A stretch of 64,000 nucleotides of DNA from an uncultured Chthonomonadales bacterium. GTDB lineage: Bacteria > Armatimonadota > Chthonomonadetes > Chthonomonadales > CAJBBX01. Of this stretch, positions 9,926 through 19,270 are shown one piece after another (position 1 is the first letter of the stretch; each line of letters begins with the position of its first letter). A program made the position numbers and the translations under genes. The DNA is taken from the NCBI GenBank assembly GCA_938005745.1, contig CALLMM010000006.1, positions 35,241 to 99,240 of the forward strand. Direction: 5' to 3'. Under the pieces are notes generated by a model. The model made no database searches and was not told the DNA's origin. It was given only the letters and a program-made list of their open reading frames with translations.

Positions 9926-9952
9926 CGCAAACGCATCGGGCTGAAACAGGAA

Positions 9953-9997
9953 AGAGGCATGCAGGAGAGCGTAGTCTCTTGCATGCCTCTCTTTTCT
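9953..9997. terminator. intrinsic terminator hairpin closing the arsR operon, possibly bidirectional with tRNA-Gln
   Basis: AGAGGCATGCA (9953-9963) pairs with TGCATGCCTCT (9980-9990), followed by CTTTTCT. Confidence 0.55.
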
Positions 9998-10004
9998 AAC
10001 AGAG

Positions 10005-10076
10005 CTGCGGGACTAGGATTCGAACCTAGGGTCTTCTGATCCAGAGTCAGACGTGTTGCCGCTACACCATCCCGCA
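10005..10076 (-). tRNA. tRNA-Gln (anticodon CUG)
   Basis: The reverse complement folds as a 72-nt cloverleaf. Acceptor stem is TGCGGGA/TCCCGCA. Anticodon arm is TCTGA-CTCTGGA-TCAGA. T arm is CTAGG-TTCGAAT-CCTAG. No CCA is encoded. Confidence 0.85.
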
Positions 10077-10231
10077 TCAAGCGACAGTAGTATACATCAG
10101 GCAGAACACGAATGTCAATGCCCGCCTGCACCGTTTAATTCGGGTAACAGATTCCCTCCGCATCAGAGCAGAATAGGGTATAATGCCAAATTAACATCAT
10201 CCGTTTGCCCTGTTTGAACGGGGAGGGAGCT

Positions 10232-11725
10232 ATGCAGAGAACAGACCTTTTGCTGAAAGAAGGGTTGAGCTTCGACGACGTTCTCCTCATTCCGATGGAT
10301 TCGGAGGTTACGCCGGCGGACGTTGACACCAGAACGCGAATTGCCAAAGACATCGAACTGCGCGTTCCGATCATCTCCTCGCCGATGGACCGCGTGACGG
10401 AAGCCCGTATGGCGATCGCCATCGCACGCGAAGGCGGCATCGGCATCATCCACCGTAATATGTCGGTGGAGCGGCAGGTTGCGGAGGTGGATAAGGTCAA
10501 GCGGTCGGAGCACGGCATTATCGCCCATCCGATCTCCCTCTCCGCAGATAAGACCATCCTGGACGCACTCAAACTGATGGAGCGTTACCATATCTCCGGC
10601 GTCCCCATCACGGAAGAGGATGGAACTCTGGTCGGGATTTTGACCAATCGGGATATCCGATTTGAGACCAACTACAACCGTCCCATTCACGAACTGATGA
10701 CCGGTCGCGACAGGCTGATCACCGCACCGGAAGGAACCACGCTGGAGCGGGCGCAGGAGATCCTGCAGGAGCACCGGATCGAGAAACTGCCCATTGTGGA
10801 TCGAAACTTCAAGCTGCTGGGGCTTATCACCATCAAGGACATTCAGAAGATACGGGAGCATCCGTTCGCCACCAAGGATTCGCGGGGACGACTTCGCGTG
10901 GGAGCCGCGATCGGACCGCTGCGCGATCCGGTGGGCAGGACGGCGGCGCTGCACGATGCCGGCGTGGATGTGATCGTTGTGGATGCCGCGCATGGACAGT
11001 CCATCGGGGTCATCAACGCAGTGCGCGCCATCAAGCGCGAGTACCCCGACCTGGCGGTGATCGCGGGAAATGTCGCCACGGCGGAGGGGGTGCTGGCGCT
11101 GATCGAGGCAGGCGCGGACGGTATCCGTGTCGGACTGGGAGCCGGGAGCATCTGTACGACCCGCGTGGTCTCTGGGGTGGGCGTGCCGCAGCTGACGGCG
11201 GTGGCGGACTGCGCGCAGGAGGCGAAGCGTTTCGGGATCCCGGTGATTGCCGATGGAGGCATCCGCTTTTCGGGAGACGCCACCAAAGCCATCGCCGCAG
11301 GAGCACACGCCGTGATGGTCGGGAACCTGCTTGCCGGAACGGAAGAAGCCCCCGGAGAGGTGATCCTCTATCAGGGACGCGCCTATAAGGACTATCGGGG
11401 CATGGGATCGGAGGCGGCGATGCGGGAGGGTTCCAGCGATCGCTATGGACACGAGTCCACCGCCCGCTACGTTCCGGAAGGCGTCGAGGGCAGGGTTCCC
11501 TACAAAGGCGCAGTCTCCGAAACCATCCATCAGCTGGTCGGCGGCATCCGCTCCGGCATGGGCTATCTGGGCGCGAAAACCATTCAGGACCTGCACGAGC
11601 GCGCGCAGTTTCTGAAGATCTCCGGGGCGAGCCTGCGGGAGAGCCATGTTCACGATGTCTGGATCACCAAAGAGCCGCCGAACTACTCCTCGGAGTATAT
11701 GCGCGGGGAACCGAACCGGGAGTAG
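10232..11725 (+). CDS. guaB: IMP dehydrogenase
   Basis: Family sequences include [15 protein letters not shown] and [30 protein letters not shown] pair is present, along with the catalytic loop [16 protein letters not shown] at 10232 follows GGGGAGGGAG. Confidence 0.95.
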   Translation: MQRTDLLLKEGLSFDDVLLIPMDSEVTPADVDTRTRIAKDIELRVPIISSPMDRVTEARMAIAIAREGGIGIIHRNMSVERQVAEVDKVKRSEHGIIAHPISLSADKTILDALKLMERYHISGVPITEEDGTLVGILTNRDIRFETNYNRPIHELMTGRDRLITAPEGTTLERAQEILQEHRIEKLPIVDRNFKLLGLITIKDIQKIREHPFATKDSRGRLRVGAAIGPLRDPVGRTAALHDAGVDVIVVDAAHGQSIGVINAVRAIKREYPDLAVIAGNVATAEGVLALIEAGADGIRVGLGAGSICTTRVVSGVGVPQLTAVADCAQEAKRFGIPVIADGGIRFSGDATKAIAAGAHAVMVGNLLAGTEEAPGEVILYQGRAYKDYRGMGSEAAMREGSSDRYGHESTARYVPEGVEGRVPYKGAVSETIHQLVGGIRSGMGYLGAKTIQDLHERAQFLKISGASLRESHVHDVWITKEPPNYSSEYMRGEPNRE

Positions 11726-11737
11726 CTACACGCAGCC

Positions 11738-12514
11738 ATGCTTCTCGTCTTGGATGTCGGCAACAGCAACATCGTCCTCGGAGCCTACTCCGGCGACAGG
11801 CTCCTCGCAGACTGGCGCATCCGCACCGATCGTGATCGAACGGCGGATGAGCACGGTCTGCTGTTCCTGCAGATGCTCTCGCATCGGGGAATCACGGCGG
11901 AAGAGATTCGCGGCGTGGCGATCTCCAGCGTGGTCCCCACGATGAACGATACGCTCTGTCTAGCGGCGCGCCGTTACTTCGATGTCGAGCCGTTTCTGGT
12001 GGGCAGCAACACCGATTTTGGCATCTCCATAGACTACCATCCTCCTTCGGACGTCGGCGCGGACCGCCTAGTGAACGCGGTGGCGGCGAAGGAGTTTTAC
12101 GGCGCGCCCGCGATCGTGGTGGATTTGGGAACCGCCACCACGTTCGACGCCATCGCCGCCAACGGCGACTACCTTGGCGGGGCGATCGCTCCCGGCATCG
12201 GCATCTCCACCGATGCCCTCTTCCGCGCCGCCTCCCGTCTCTATCGCGTGGAACTGGTCGCGCCTGCCTCCTCTGTTGGGAAAAACACCATCCAGGCGAT
12301 GCAGTCCGGGATCGTCTTCGGGTTCACCGGGCAGGTGGATAAGCTGGTACGGATGATCAAGCGGGAGATCGGTGAACAGGCGCGGGTGATCGCCACCGGC
12401 GGGCTTGCGGAGCTGATTGCCGAGCAGAGCGAGACGATCGAGGTCGTGGATCAGATGCTGACCCTGGAGGGTCTGCGTCTCTTGTGGAAGCGTAATCGAG
12501 GCGATTCCGCATGA
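11738..12514 (+). CDS. coaX: type III pantothenate kinase
   Basis: The N-terminus MLLVLDVGNSNIVLG and the motif VVDLGTATTFD are typical of CoaX. Confidence 0.9.
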   Translation: MLLVLDVGNSNIVLGAYSGDRLLADWRIRTDRDRTADEHGLLFLQMLSHRGITAEEIRGVAISSVVPTMNDTLCLAARRYFDVEPFLVGSNTDFGISIDYHPPSDVGADRLVNAVAAKEFYGAPAIVVDLGTATTFDAIAANGDYLGGAIAPGIGISTDALFRAASRLYRVELVAPASSVGKNTIQAMQSGIVFGFTGQVDKLVRMIKREIGEQARVIATGGLAELIAEQSETIEVVDQMLTLEGLRLLWKRNRGDSA

Positions 12515-13545
12515 ACTCTCCAGGCGAAACCGCATCCGCCCTCCAGGAGCGCATAATCGCTCGCCCTTTTGCCATCGGAGATATCGTTATAGATCCTCCG
12601 GTCGTTCTGGCTCCGATGGCGGATGTTACCAATGGCGCATTTCGCCGCCTCTGCAAGCGCATCGGCAATCCGGGACTGCTCTGCACCGAACAGATCAGCA
12701 CGATGGCGCTCCACTACCGCAGTCAGCGCACCTACCAGATGTTCGACTGGACGGAGGAGGAGTATCCCCTCTCCGTGCAGCTCTTCGGAGCCAACCCGCA
12801 GGTGATGGCGGAGGCGGCTAAGATCGTCGAGGATCGCGGCGCGAACATTGTGGATATCAATATGGGCTGCTGGGTTCCCAAGGTCTGCCGACAGGGAGCC
12901 GGAGCCGCGCTCCTGCGCGATGCGAAGACGGCGTTGAAGGTGGTGGAGGCGGTCGTCCGGGCGGTCTCCGTGCCGGTAACGGTGAAGATGCGGGCAGGCT
13001 GGAGCGCGGCGGAGCTGACCTCCGTTCCGCTGGCGCGCGCTTTCGAACAGATCGGCGTGCGGGCGTTCGCGCTGCACGGTCGCACCGCCCAGCAGGGGTT
13101 TGAGGGCAGCGCAGACTGGAACTGGATCGCCGACATCAAAGAGGCGGTCTCCGTTCCGGTGGTCGGCAACGGAGATGTGCGTCAGCCGGAGGATGCCCGC
13201 CGGATGCTGGAGGCGACGGGATGCGACGGCGTGATGATCGGGCGCGCGGCGATCGGCAATCCCTGGGTTCTCCGTGATACCGCGCACCACCTGCGTACCG
13301 GGCAGCGCCTGCCCCCTCCCTCTCTTGCGGAACGGCTGGAAGCCGCACTGATCCACGTGCAGGATTTCGCCCGCACGATCGGGGAAGAGCGCGCCGTCCG
13401 CCATCTGCGCGGACAGCTTCCGCTCTATGTCAAGGGGTTTGCAGGAGCCTCCGCCGCCCGCGAACAGATCGTGCAGGCGACGCGAATCGAGCAGGTGCGC
13501 GCCATTCTGGAGCGAGTCAGACAGACAGCGGAGACCGAAAACTGA
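12511..13545 (+). CDS. dusB: tRNA-dihydrouridine synthase
   Basis: Family sequences are VVLAPMADVTNGAFRRLC, DINMGC and VTVKMRAGW. It overlaps the coaX stop as ATGA. Confidence 0.85.
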   Translation: MNSPGETASALQERIIARPFAIGDIVIDPPVVLAPMADVTNGAFRRLCKRIGNPGLLCTEQISTMALHYRSQRTYQMFDWTEEEYPLSVQLFGANPQVMAEAAKIVEDRGANIVDINMGCWVPKVCRQGAGAALLRDAKTALKVVEAVVRAVSVPVTVKMRAGWSAAELTSVPLARAFEQIGVRAFALHGRTAQQGFEGSADWNWIADIKEAVSVPVVGNGDVRQPEDARRMLEATGCDGVMIGRAAIGNPWVLRDTAHHLRTGQRLPPPSLAERLEAALIHVQDFARTIGEERAVRHLRGQLPLYVKGFAGASAAREQIVQATRIEQVRAILERVRQTAETEN

Positions 13546-13569
13546 TCGGTCTCCGCTGTCTGGGAAGCG

Positions 13570-16209
13570 TTACGTTTTCGCAATATGTCTGGCTTCGAGG
13601 CGTTGCCCCTGCCGAACCACGATCTCCCCGTCCTCCACGTCCACGATCAACAGCGAACCATCCGGAATATCGCCGGAGAGCAGCTCTCTGCCGATTCTGG
13701 TCTCCAGCTTCCGCTGGATGGTTCTCTTCAGCGGACGCGCGCCGTAGCTGGGATCGTACCCGGCTTTCGCCAGATATTTTCGCGCAGACTCCGTGAGTTC
13801 CAGCTCGATGTCGCGGTCCCGCAGACGGCTCCGCAGCAGAACGAACTGAATGTCCACGATCCGCTCGATCTCCTCCTGGGTCAGCGGCTTGAACAGCACG
13901 ATCTCATCCACACGGTTGAGGAACTCCGGTCGGCAGTGATTGCGAAGCTCACTCAACACCATCTGGCTCGCATACTCCGCGATCTTGCCCCCGGCAGTCG
14001 CATGGTTGAGCAGATGCTGAGAGCCGATATTGCTGGTCATGATGATGATGGTGTTCTTGAAGTCCACCGTTCGCCCCTGCGCGTCGGTCAGACGACCGTC
14101 GTCCAGGATCTGCAGCATGACGTTGGCAACATCGGGATGCGCCTTCTCGAACTCATCGAACAGGATGACCGAGTAGGGCTTGCGGCGCACCGCCTCCGTT
14201 AACTGACCGCCCTCCTCAAACCCGATATAGCCCGGAGGCGCGCCGATGAGGCGGGAGACGGTGTGCTTCTCCATATACTCGGACATATCTATCCGGATGA
14301 TGTTCTCTTCCGAGTCGAAGAGCGCCTCCGCCAGTGCGCGCGCCAGCTCCGTCTTGCCGACGCCGGTTGGTCCCAGGAAGATGAAGGAGCCGATCGGACG
14401 GCGCGGGTCCTTGATCCCTGAGCGCGCCCGGATGACGGCATCGGCGACCAGCTGCACGGCTTCATCCTGTCCGACCACCCGGCGATGCAGGATCTCGTCC
14501 AGATGCAGCAGCTTCTCGCGCTCGCCCTCCATCAGTCGAAGCACGGGGATCCCGGTCCAGCGCGAAACGATCTCGGCGATTTCGTCTTCCGTAACCGCCT
14601 CGCGCAGGAGCTTTCCGCCAGCCTGTTCGCGGCTCATCTCCTCCTCCGCCGCCTTCAGCTCCTGCTCCAGTTTGAGCAGCTTGCCGTATTTCAGTTCGGC
14701 GGCGCGATTGAGGTCGTAGTCGCGTTCGGCAGCCTCGATCTGCTGTCGAACCTGCTCCAGCTCCTCCCGGATGGCGCGTATGCGCTGTATGGCAGCCTTC
14801 TCCTCCTCCCAGCGCGCCCGCATGGCATCGCTGCGAGACTTCAACTCGGCAAGCTCCTTGCGGAGGGTCTCCAGTCTCTCCTGGCTGGCGCGATCCGTCT
14901 CCTTACTGAGCGCCTGCTCCTCGATCTCCATCTGAATGATGCGGCGGGTGATCTCGTCCAGTTCCGCCGGCATCGAATCGATCTCTGAGCGGATCATCGC
15001 GCAGGCTTCATCCACCAGGTCTATCGCCTTGTCCGGAAGAAAGCGATCCGTGATGTATCGATTGGAGAGCACTGCCGCCGACACCAGGGCGTTATCCTGA
15101 ATCCGCACGCCGTGATGCACCTCGAAACGCTCCTTCAAGCCGCGAAGGATGGAGATCGTGTCTTCTACCGTCGGCTGATCTATCATCACCGGCTGGAACC
15201 TGCGCTCCAGGGCGGCGTCCTTCTCGATATGCTTGCGGTACTCGTCGAGGGTGGTCGCGCCGATACAGTGCAGCTCTCCCCGCGCCAGCATCGGCTTGAG
15301 CATATTGCCGGCATCGAGCGAGCCTTCCGCCTTCCCCGCGCCAACGATGGTGTGCAGCTCATCTATGAAGAGAATGATCTGCCCCTCGCTCTCGCGGATC
15401 TCGTTCAGAACCGCCTTCAGCCGCTCCTCAAACTCTCCCCGATACTTTGCGCCGGCGATCAGTGCGCCCATATCCAGCGAGAAGAGCGACTTATCCTTCA
15501 GCCCCTCGGGCACATCGCCGCGAACGATCCTCTGCGCCAGCCCCTCCACGACAGCCGTCTTGCCAACTCCCGGCTCGCCGATGAGAACGGGGTTGTTCTT
15601 CGTCCGTCTCAGCAGGATCCGTATGACGCGTCGGATCTCCGCATCCCGTCCGATGACCGGATCGAGCTTCCCCCGCTTCGCCTCATCCACCAGATTGCGT
15701 CCGTACTTCTGAAGCGCCTCATAGGTCTGTTCCGGGTTTGCGCTGGTAACACGCTGGTTGCCCCGTATATCGTTCAGCGCCGTCAGAAGCTTCTCACGGG
15801 TTACGCCGAACTCACGCAGCAGCCTCCCGGTCGTGGTGGAGTTCCCCTCCTCAATAAAGGAGAGCAGGATATGCTCCGTGCTGACATACTCATCCTTCAG
15901 CCGTTTCGCCTCATCCTCTGCGCGAACCATCAGCTGATTGAGCCGCTGCGTGACATAGACCTTTCCCGGCTCCGCGCCGGGACCGCCCACGCGCGCCCGC
16001 CGGGCGAGATCTTCCTCCAGCCGCTTCTGAAATGTTTCGACTGGTATCTCCATACGCCGTAAAAGGCGCGGAGCGATACCCTCTTCCTGCTCCAGCAGCG
16101 CAAGCATCAGATGCTCGCCGTCTATCTCGACATGTCCAAAGCGAACCGCTGCTTTCTGCGCCTCCGAGAGCGCCTCCTGTGATTTCTGTGTATACCGATT
16201 AATATCCAC
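13570..16209 (-). CDS. clpB: ATP-dependent chaperone ClpB
   Basis: It is 879 aa with a Clp N domain, two Walker A motifs (GEPGVGKT and GPTGVGKT) and a long coiled-coil middle domain. The GTG start follows GGGAGGG. Confidence 0.95.
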   Translation of the reverse strand: MDINRYTQKSQEALSEAQKAAVRFGHVEIDGEHLMLALLEQEEGIAPRLLRRMEIPVETFQKRLEEDLARRARVGGPGAEPGKVYVTQRLNQLMVRAEDEAKRLKDEYVSTEHILLSFIEEGNSTTTGRLLREFGVTREKLLTALNDIRGNQRVTSANPEQTYEALQKYGRNLVDEAKRGKLDPVIGRDAEIRRVIRILLRRTKNNPVLIGEPGVGKTAVVEGLAQRIVRGDVPEGLKDKSLFSLDMGALIAGAKYRGEFEERLKAVLNEIRESEGQIILFIDELHTIVGAGKAEGSLDAGNMLKPMLARGELHCIGATTLDEYRKHIEKDAALERRFQPVMIDQPTVEDTISILRGLKERFEVHHGVRIQDNALVSAAVLSNRYITDRFLPDKAIDLVDEACAMIRSEIDSMPAELDEITRRIIQMEIEEQALSKETDRASQERLETLRKELAELKSRSDAMRARWEEEKAAIQRIRAIREELEQVRQQIEAAERDYDLNRAAELKYGKLLKLEQELKAAEEEMSREQAGGKLLREAVTEDEIAEIVSRWTGIPVLRLMEGEREKLLHLDEILHRRVVGQDEAVQLVADAVIRARSGIKDPRRPIGSFIFLGPTGVGKTELARALAEALFDSEENIIRIDMSEYMEKHTVSRLIGAPPGYIGFEEGGQLTEAVRRKPYSVILFDEFEKAHPDVANVMLQILDDGRLTDAQGRTVDFKNTIIIMTSNIGSQHLLNHATAGGKIAEYASQMVLSELRNHCRPEFLNRVDEIVLFKPLTQEEIERIVDIQFVLLRSRLRDRDIELELTESARKYLAKAGYDPSYGARPLKRTIQRKLETRIGRELLSGDIPDGSLLIVDVEDGEIVVRQGQRLEARHIAKT

Positions 16210-16280
16210 CCTTACCCTCCCGTATTTTGAATGCCGTGTCCTGACGGCATCGAGAAAGGCATACCGCCTGATTGCTGGTA

Positions 16281-16352
16281 GATTCTATCTCTTAGAATCG
16301 AGATTTGTTCCCGATATTGTGCGATTTTTTTAGTGCAGTACACTAAAGTCAT
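16281..16352 (-). promoter_or_regulatory. clpB upstream region with two 7-N5-7 palindromes and a candidate promoter
   Basis: The palindromes are GATTCTA-tctct-TAGAATC (16281-16299) and TTTAGTG-cagta-CACTAAA (16329-16347). On the minus strand ATGACT (16352-16347), 17 nt, AAAAAT (16329-16324) gives a weak -35/-10 pair, and the second palindrome fills its spacer. Confidence 0.3.
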
Positions 16353-16360
16353 TTATCATA

Positions 16361-16414
16361 CGAAAAGCCGGGCTTCAGGGTTTCACCTCTTTTGAGAAAC
16401 CCTGAAGCCCGGCT
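16361..16414 (-). terminator. intrinsic terminator of the 174-aa gene
   Basis: There is a perfect 19-bp stem, AGCCGGGCTTCAGGGTTTC / GAAACCCTGAAGCCCGGCT. On the minus strand it is followed by TTTTCG. Confidence 0.6.
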
Positions 16415-16439
16415 GAAACTGGCTGTTCTAATGCGTTCT

Positions 16440-16964
16440 CTATGCGACTCGCAGACTGCTTGCGCCCGTCTGTTCGGCTTCGCATGCGACCCACTGCGTC
16501 AGCCAGAAGCAGACCTTCACGCCTCCACGCGGCGGGCATACAAGCATGAATTCGCCCCCCATACAGCGAATTCTATGGCTGATTCGGTCCAGATACTGTT
16601 CCCAGCTCTCCAGGACATCCACCTCGATCAAGCCGTCGGTTTCACAGGCGACCTCAAAGCTGACGCACAAATCATCATGAGAGGGATAGGCGCGCAGATA
16701 GATTTCGCCTCCCTCCGAAACGGCGATCATTTTGCTGAGAAGGTCGTCGAGGATGCCAAACAGACAGTGCCGATCCGCGGCAACAATCAGCGGATCCCAG
16801 GCAATCACCTCCACTGAGAAGTTGCCAAAGGAGCAGAGTATCTCCTCTTTTCGCTGTTCAAACAGATCGGTGAGCATCTCCTCCACCGATACGCCTTCTA
16901 TATACAGTTTCGGACTGACGTTATAGCCGCCGTGAAGCGATTCCAGGGACGGGGAACGACTCAT
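16440..16964 (-). CDS. stand-alone degenerate histidine-kinase-like ATPase domain protein
   Basis: An N-box-like sequence ILDDLLSKMIAVSEGGEIYL is followed by degenerate G1/G2 regions (ETDGLIE, MGGEF). No DHp/His-box, sensor or TM region is present. Confidence 0.4.
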   Translation of the reverse strand: MSRSPSLESLHGGYNVSPKLYIEGVSVEEMLTDLFEQRKEEILCSFGNFSVEVIAWDPLIVAADRHCLFGILDDLLSKMIAVSEGGEIYLRAYPSHDDLCVSFEVACETDGLIEVDVLESWEQYLDRISHRIRCMGGEFMLVCPPRGGVKVCFWLTQWVACEAEQTGASSLRVA

Positions 16965-17078
16965 GGCAAAACCTCTTCTCTTCCATATTTCAAACAGTCT
17001 GCGATGCGAGCGGTATGCTGATCTCCTTATCCCCTCTTATTCCATACACGCCACGGTTTTTCATAAGGTTCAGACAGC

Positions 17079-17107
17079 TTGACAAATACCGGCAGTTCAC
17101 CTAGAAT
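17079..17107 (+). promoter_or_regulatory. near-consensus sigma70 promoter
   Basis: TTGACA (17079-17084), a 17-nt spacer, then TAGAAT (17102-17107). The TTG start in the ORF track is actually the -35 hexamer. Confidence 0.6.
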
Positions 17108-17123
17108 GCGCCGGGAGAGTGGA

Positions 17124-18029
17124 ATGAAGCGAGTGGTCAGCGTGAGCCTCGGAACCTCCAGACGCGACAAACGCGCCGAAACGGAGTTTCTGGGCATCCC
17201 GTTCCTCATTGAGCGTCTGGGCACGGACGGCGACAAAAAACGCTATAAGGAGATGGTCGCCTCTCTGGACGGACAGGTGGACTGCTTCGGCGTGGGAGGC
17301 ACGGATGTCTACCTCTATGCGGGAGATCGCAGATACGCATTCCGCGAAACGCTTGACCTGATGTCCGGGGCAAAAAAGACCCCCTGGGTGGACGGAAGCG
17401 GCTTGAAGCATACGCTGGAGCGCGAAACCGTCGCCTATCTTCAGGAGCGGGGTATCCTGGACTTTCGCGATAAGCGTGTCCTTCTGGTCTCGGCGGTAGA
17501 TCGCTTCGGGATGGCGGAGGCACTTTCGCAGCGGGCAAAAGCGGTGGTATATGGCGATCTTCTCTACGGGATCGGCGTTCCGATACCGGTGCGCTCCTGG
17601 AAGATGGTCAAACTGCTCGCGCGGATCGCGCTGCCGATCATCACCCGGCTGCCGATCGAGTGGTTCTACCCGACGGGCGAGAAGCAGGAGGTGAACACGC
17701 CCCGGTTCCGAAAGTACTTCCAGCAGGCGGATGTGATCGCCGGAGACTGGCATATCATTCGCCGCTATATGCCAGAACGGATGGAGGGCAAGATCGTCCT
17801 CACGCAGTCCAGTCGAAAATCGGAGATTGAGCTGCTGAGGTCGCGCGGGGTAAAGACGCTGATAACCACCACGCCGGAGATCGGAGGCGAGTCGTTCGCC
17901 ACGAATGTGATGGAGGCGGTGCTGGTGGTTCTGCTCGGCAAACACCCCTCGGAGTTGACGCCCTCCGATTATCTGGGTAAACTGAAGCAGCTTGGCTGGG
18001 AGCCGGGCATCACCGAACTGAACGGATAA
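17124..18029 (+). CDS. conserved hypothetical protein; this family is often labelled quinate 5-dehydrogenase but its function is unproven
   Basis: ATG at 17124 follows GGGAGAG and lies downstream of the promoter. The sequence MKRVVSVSLGTSRRDKR...GVGGTDVYLY matches no domain I can name with confidence. Confidence 0.5.
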   Translation: MKRVVSVSLGTSRRDKRAETEFLGIPFLIERLGTDGDKKRYKEMVASLDGQVDCFGVGGTDVYLYAGDRRYAFRETLDLMSGAKKTPWVDGSGLKHTLERETVAYLQERGILDFRDKRVLLVSAVDRFGMAEALSQRAKAVVYGDLLYGIGVPIPVRSWKMVKLLARIALPIITRLPIEWFYPTGEKQEVNTPRFRKYFQQADVIAGDWHIIRRYMPERMEGKIVLTQSSRKSEIELLRSRGVKTLITTTPEIGGESFATNVMEAVLVVLLGKHPSELTPSDYLGKLKQLGWEPGITELNG

Positions 18030-18038
18030 GCCGCCTGC

Positions 18039-19148
18039 ATGGAAAAGTTCGCCTTTATCATCCATCCCCTCGAAAAGAACGACGTTGCCAAACGCTACCC
18101 GATTGCGCGTCTGCTTCCTGAGAGCCTCGTGGAGTGGATTCTGACGAAGAAGAAGCCGCAGACCATCGCCCATGTAACGGGCATCCGGTCCAGTACCGGC
18201 GTAGAGGCGGAAGGATGGTTCATCGGCTGTCCCCTGCTACCGCGCCAGTTCACCGCCCTTCCTCTGGACTTCGTCTACAGCCAGTTAGAGACCTGCGGGC
18301 ATATCGCGGAGCAGCTCGGAGCGAAGATTCTGGGACTCGGCGCCTTCACCTCGGTGGTCGGCGACGGGGGGATCACCCTCTCAAAGAGACTGAATATCGC
18401 TGTTACAACCGGCAACTCCTACACGGTGGCGACGGCGGTTCAGGGAGCCGTGGAGGGAGCGAAACGGATGGGAATCGAACTGGAGACGGCGACAGTGGCG
18501 GTGGTCGGCGCGACCGGTTCGATTGGAGCCACCTGCGCTGAGATACTGGCGCGCGATGCCGCCTCGGTACATCTCGTCGGCAGGACGCCGGAGAAGCTGG
18601 AGGCTCTGGCGCGTCATCTGGAGGGAGTGTCGCGCGCGCGACTGCGTGTCTATACCGATGTTGCGTCCGGACTGGCGGAGGCGGACATCGTCATCACGGT
18701 CAGCAGTGCGGCGAAAGCCATTGTGGAGCCGCAGCATATTAAGTGCGGCGCGGTTGTCTGCGATGTGGCGCGTCCCCGAGATGTCTCGACAGCAGTCGCC
18801 CGCGAGCGGGATGACGTTCTGGTGATTGAGGGGGGCGTGGTTCGAGTTCCCGGAGAGATGCGATGCGCGAAAGTATCGGACGGCTCCCCGTTCAGCTTCG
18901 GCTTTCCGCAGGGAACCGCCTATGCCTGCATGTCCGAGACGATGGCGCTTGCGCTGGACGGCAGATACGAAAACTTCACGCTGGGGAAAGAGGTTTCGGT
19001 CTCACAGGTGGATGAGATCATGGAGGTCTGTACCCGGCACGGCTTCACGCTGGACGGCTTTCGATCCTTTGAGCGCGCCCTCTCCGCCGAGGAGATTGAA
19101 CAGATCCGACGACAGGCAGAGCGTAAGAGGCGGGTCGGGGTGCGTTGA
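18039..19148 (+). CDS. acyl-ACP reductase (AAR)-family NAD(P)-dependent reductase homologue
   Basis: Collinear matches to my recollection of cyanobacterial AAR: FAFIIHPL vs FGLIGHL; LGLGAFTSVV vs ALGGFTSII; TTGNSYTVA vs TTGNTHTAY; ATVAVVGATGSIGA vs ATVAVVGATGDIGS; YACMSETM vs FACFAEAM (Cys conserved); TRHGF vs VRHGF. Confidence 0.6.
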   Translation: MEKFAFIIHPLEKNDVAKRYPIARLLPESLVEWILTKKKPQTIAHVTGIRSSTGVEAEGWFIGCPLLPRQFTALPLDFVYSQLETCGHIAEQLGAKILGLGAFTSVVGDGGITLSKRLNIAVTTGNSYTVATAVQGAVEGAKRMGIELETATVAVVGATGSIGATCAEILARDAASVHLVGRTPEKLEALARHLEGVSRARLRVYTDVASGLAEADIVITVSSAAKAIVEPQHIKCGAVVCDVARPRDVSTAVARERDDVLVIEGGVVRVPGEMRCAKVSDGSPFSFGFPQGTAYACMSETMALALDGRYENFTLGKEVSVSQVDEIMEVCTRHGFTLDGFRSFERALSAEEIEQIRRQAERKRRVGVR

Positions 19149-19149
19149 A

Positions 19150-19223
19150 AGGCGTGAGCCGAACGAAGCACTCTCTTTTCTTTCCGGCAGGCGGAAGATT
19201 GCCTCGCTGCGCTCGCAATGACA
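19150..19223. repeat. composite palindromic repeat (type-2 unit then inverted type-1 unit), copy A1
   Basis: GGCGTGAGCCGAACGAAGCACTCTC ... CCGGCAGGCGGAAGATTGCCTCGCTGCGCTCGCAATGACA is the reverse-orientation counterpart of the element at 24263-24349. Its left end merges with the stop codon of the upstream gene. Confidence 0.7.
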
Positions 19224-19270
19224 GGTTGGGGGCTGGCTGCTCGTAACTGCAACGATCGAACGTGCCAGAT

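Noticed and set aside
5600-10076. Genomic island integrated at tRNA-Gln.
   Set aside because: The orientation is right (the tRNA 3' end faces the operon) and GC looks lower. However, there is no integrase and I found no direct repeat of the tRNA 3' end near 5600. It is mentioned only as a hint inside the operon finding.
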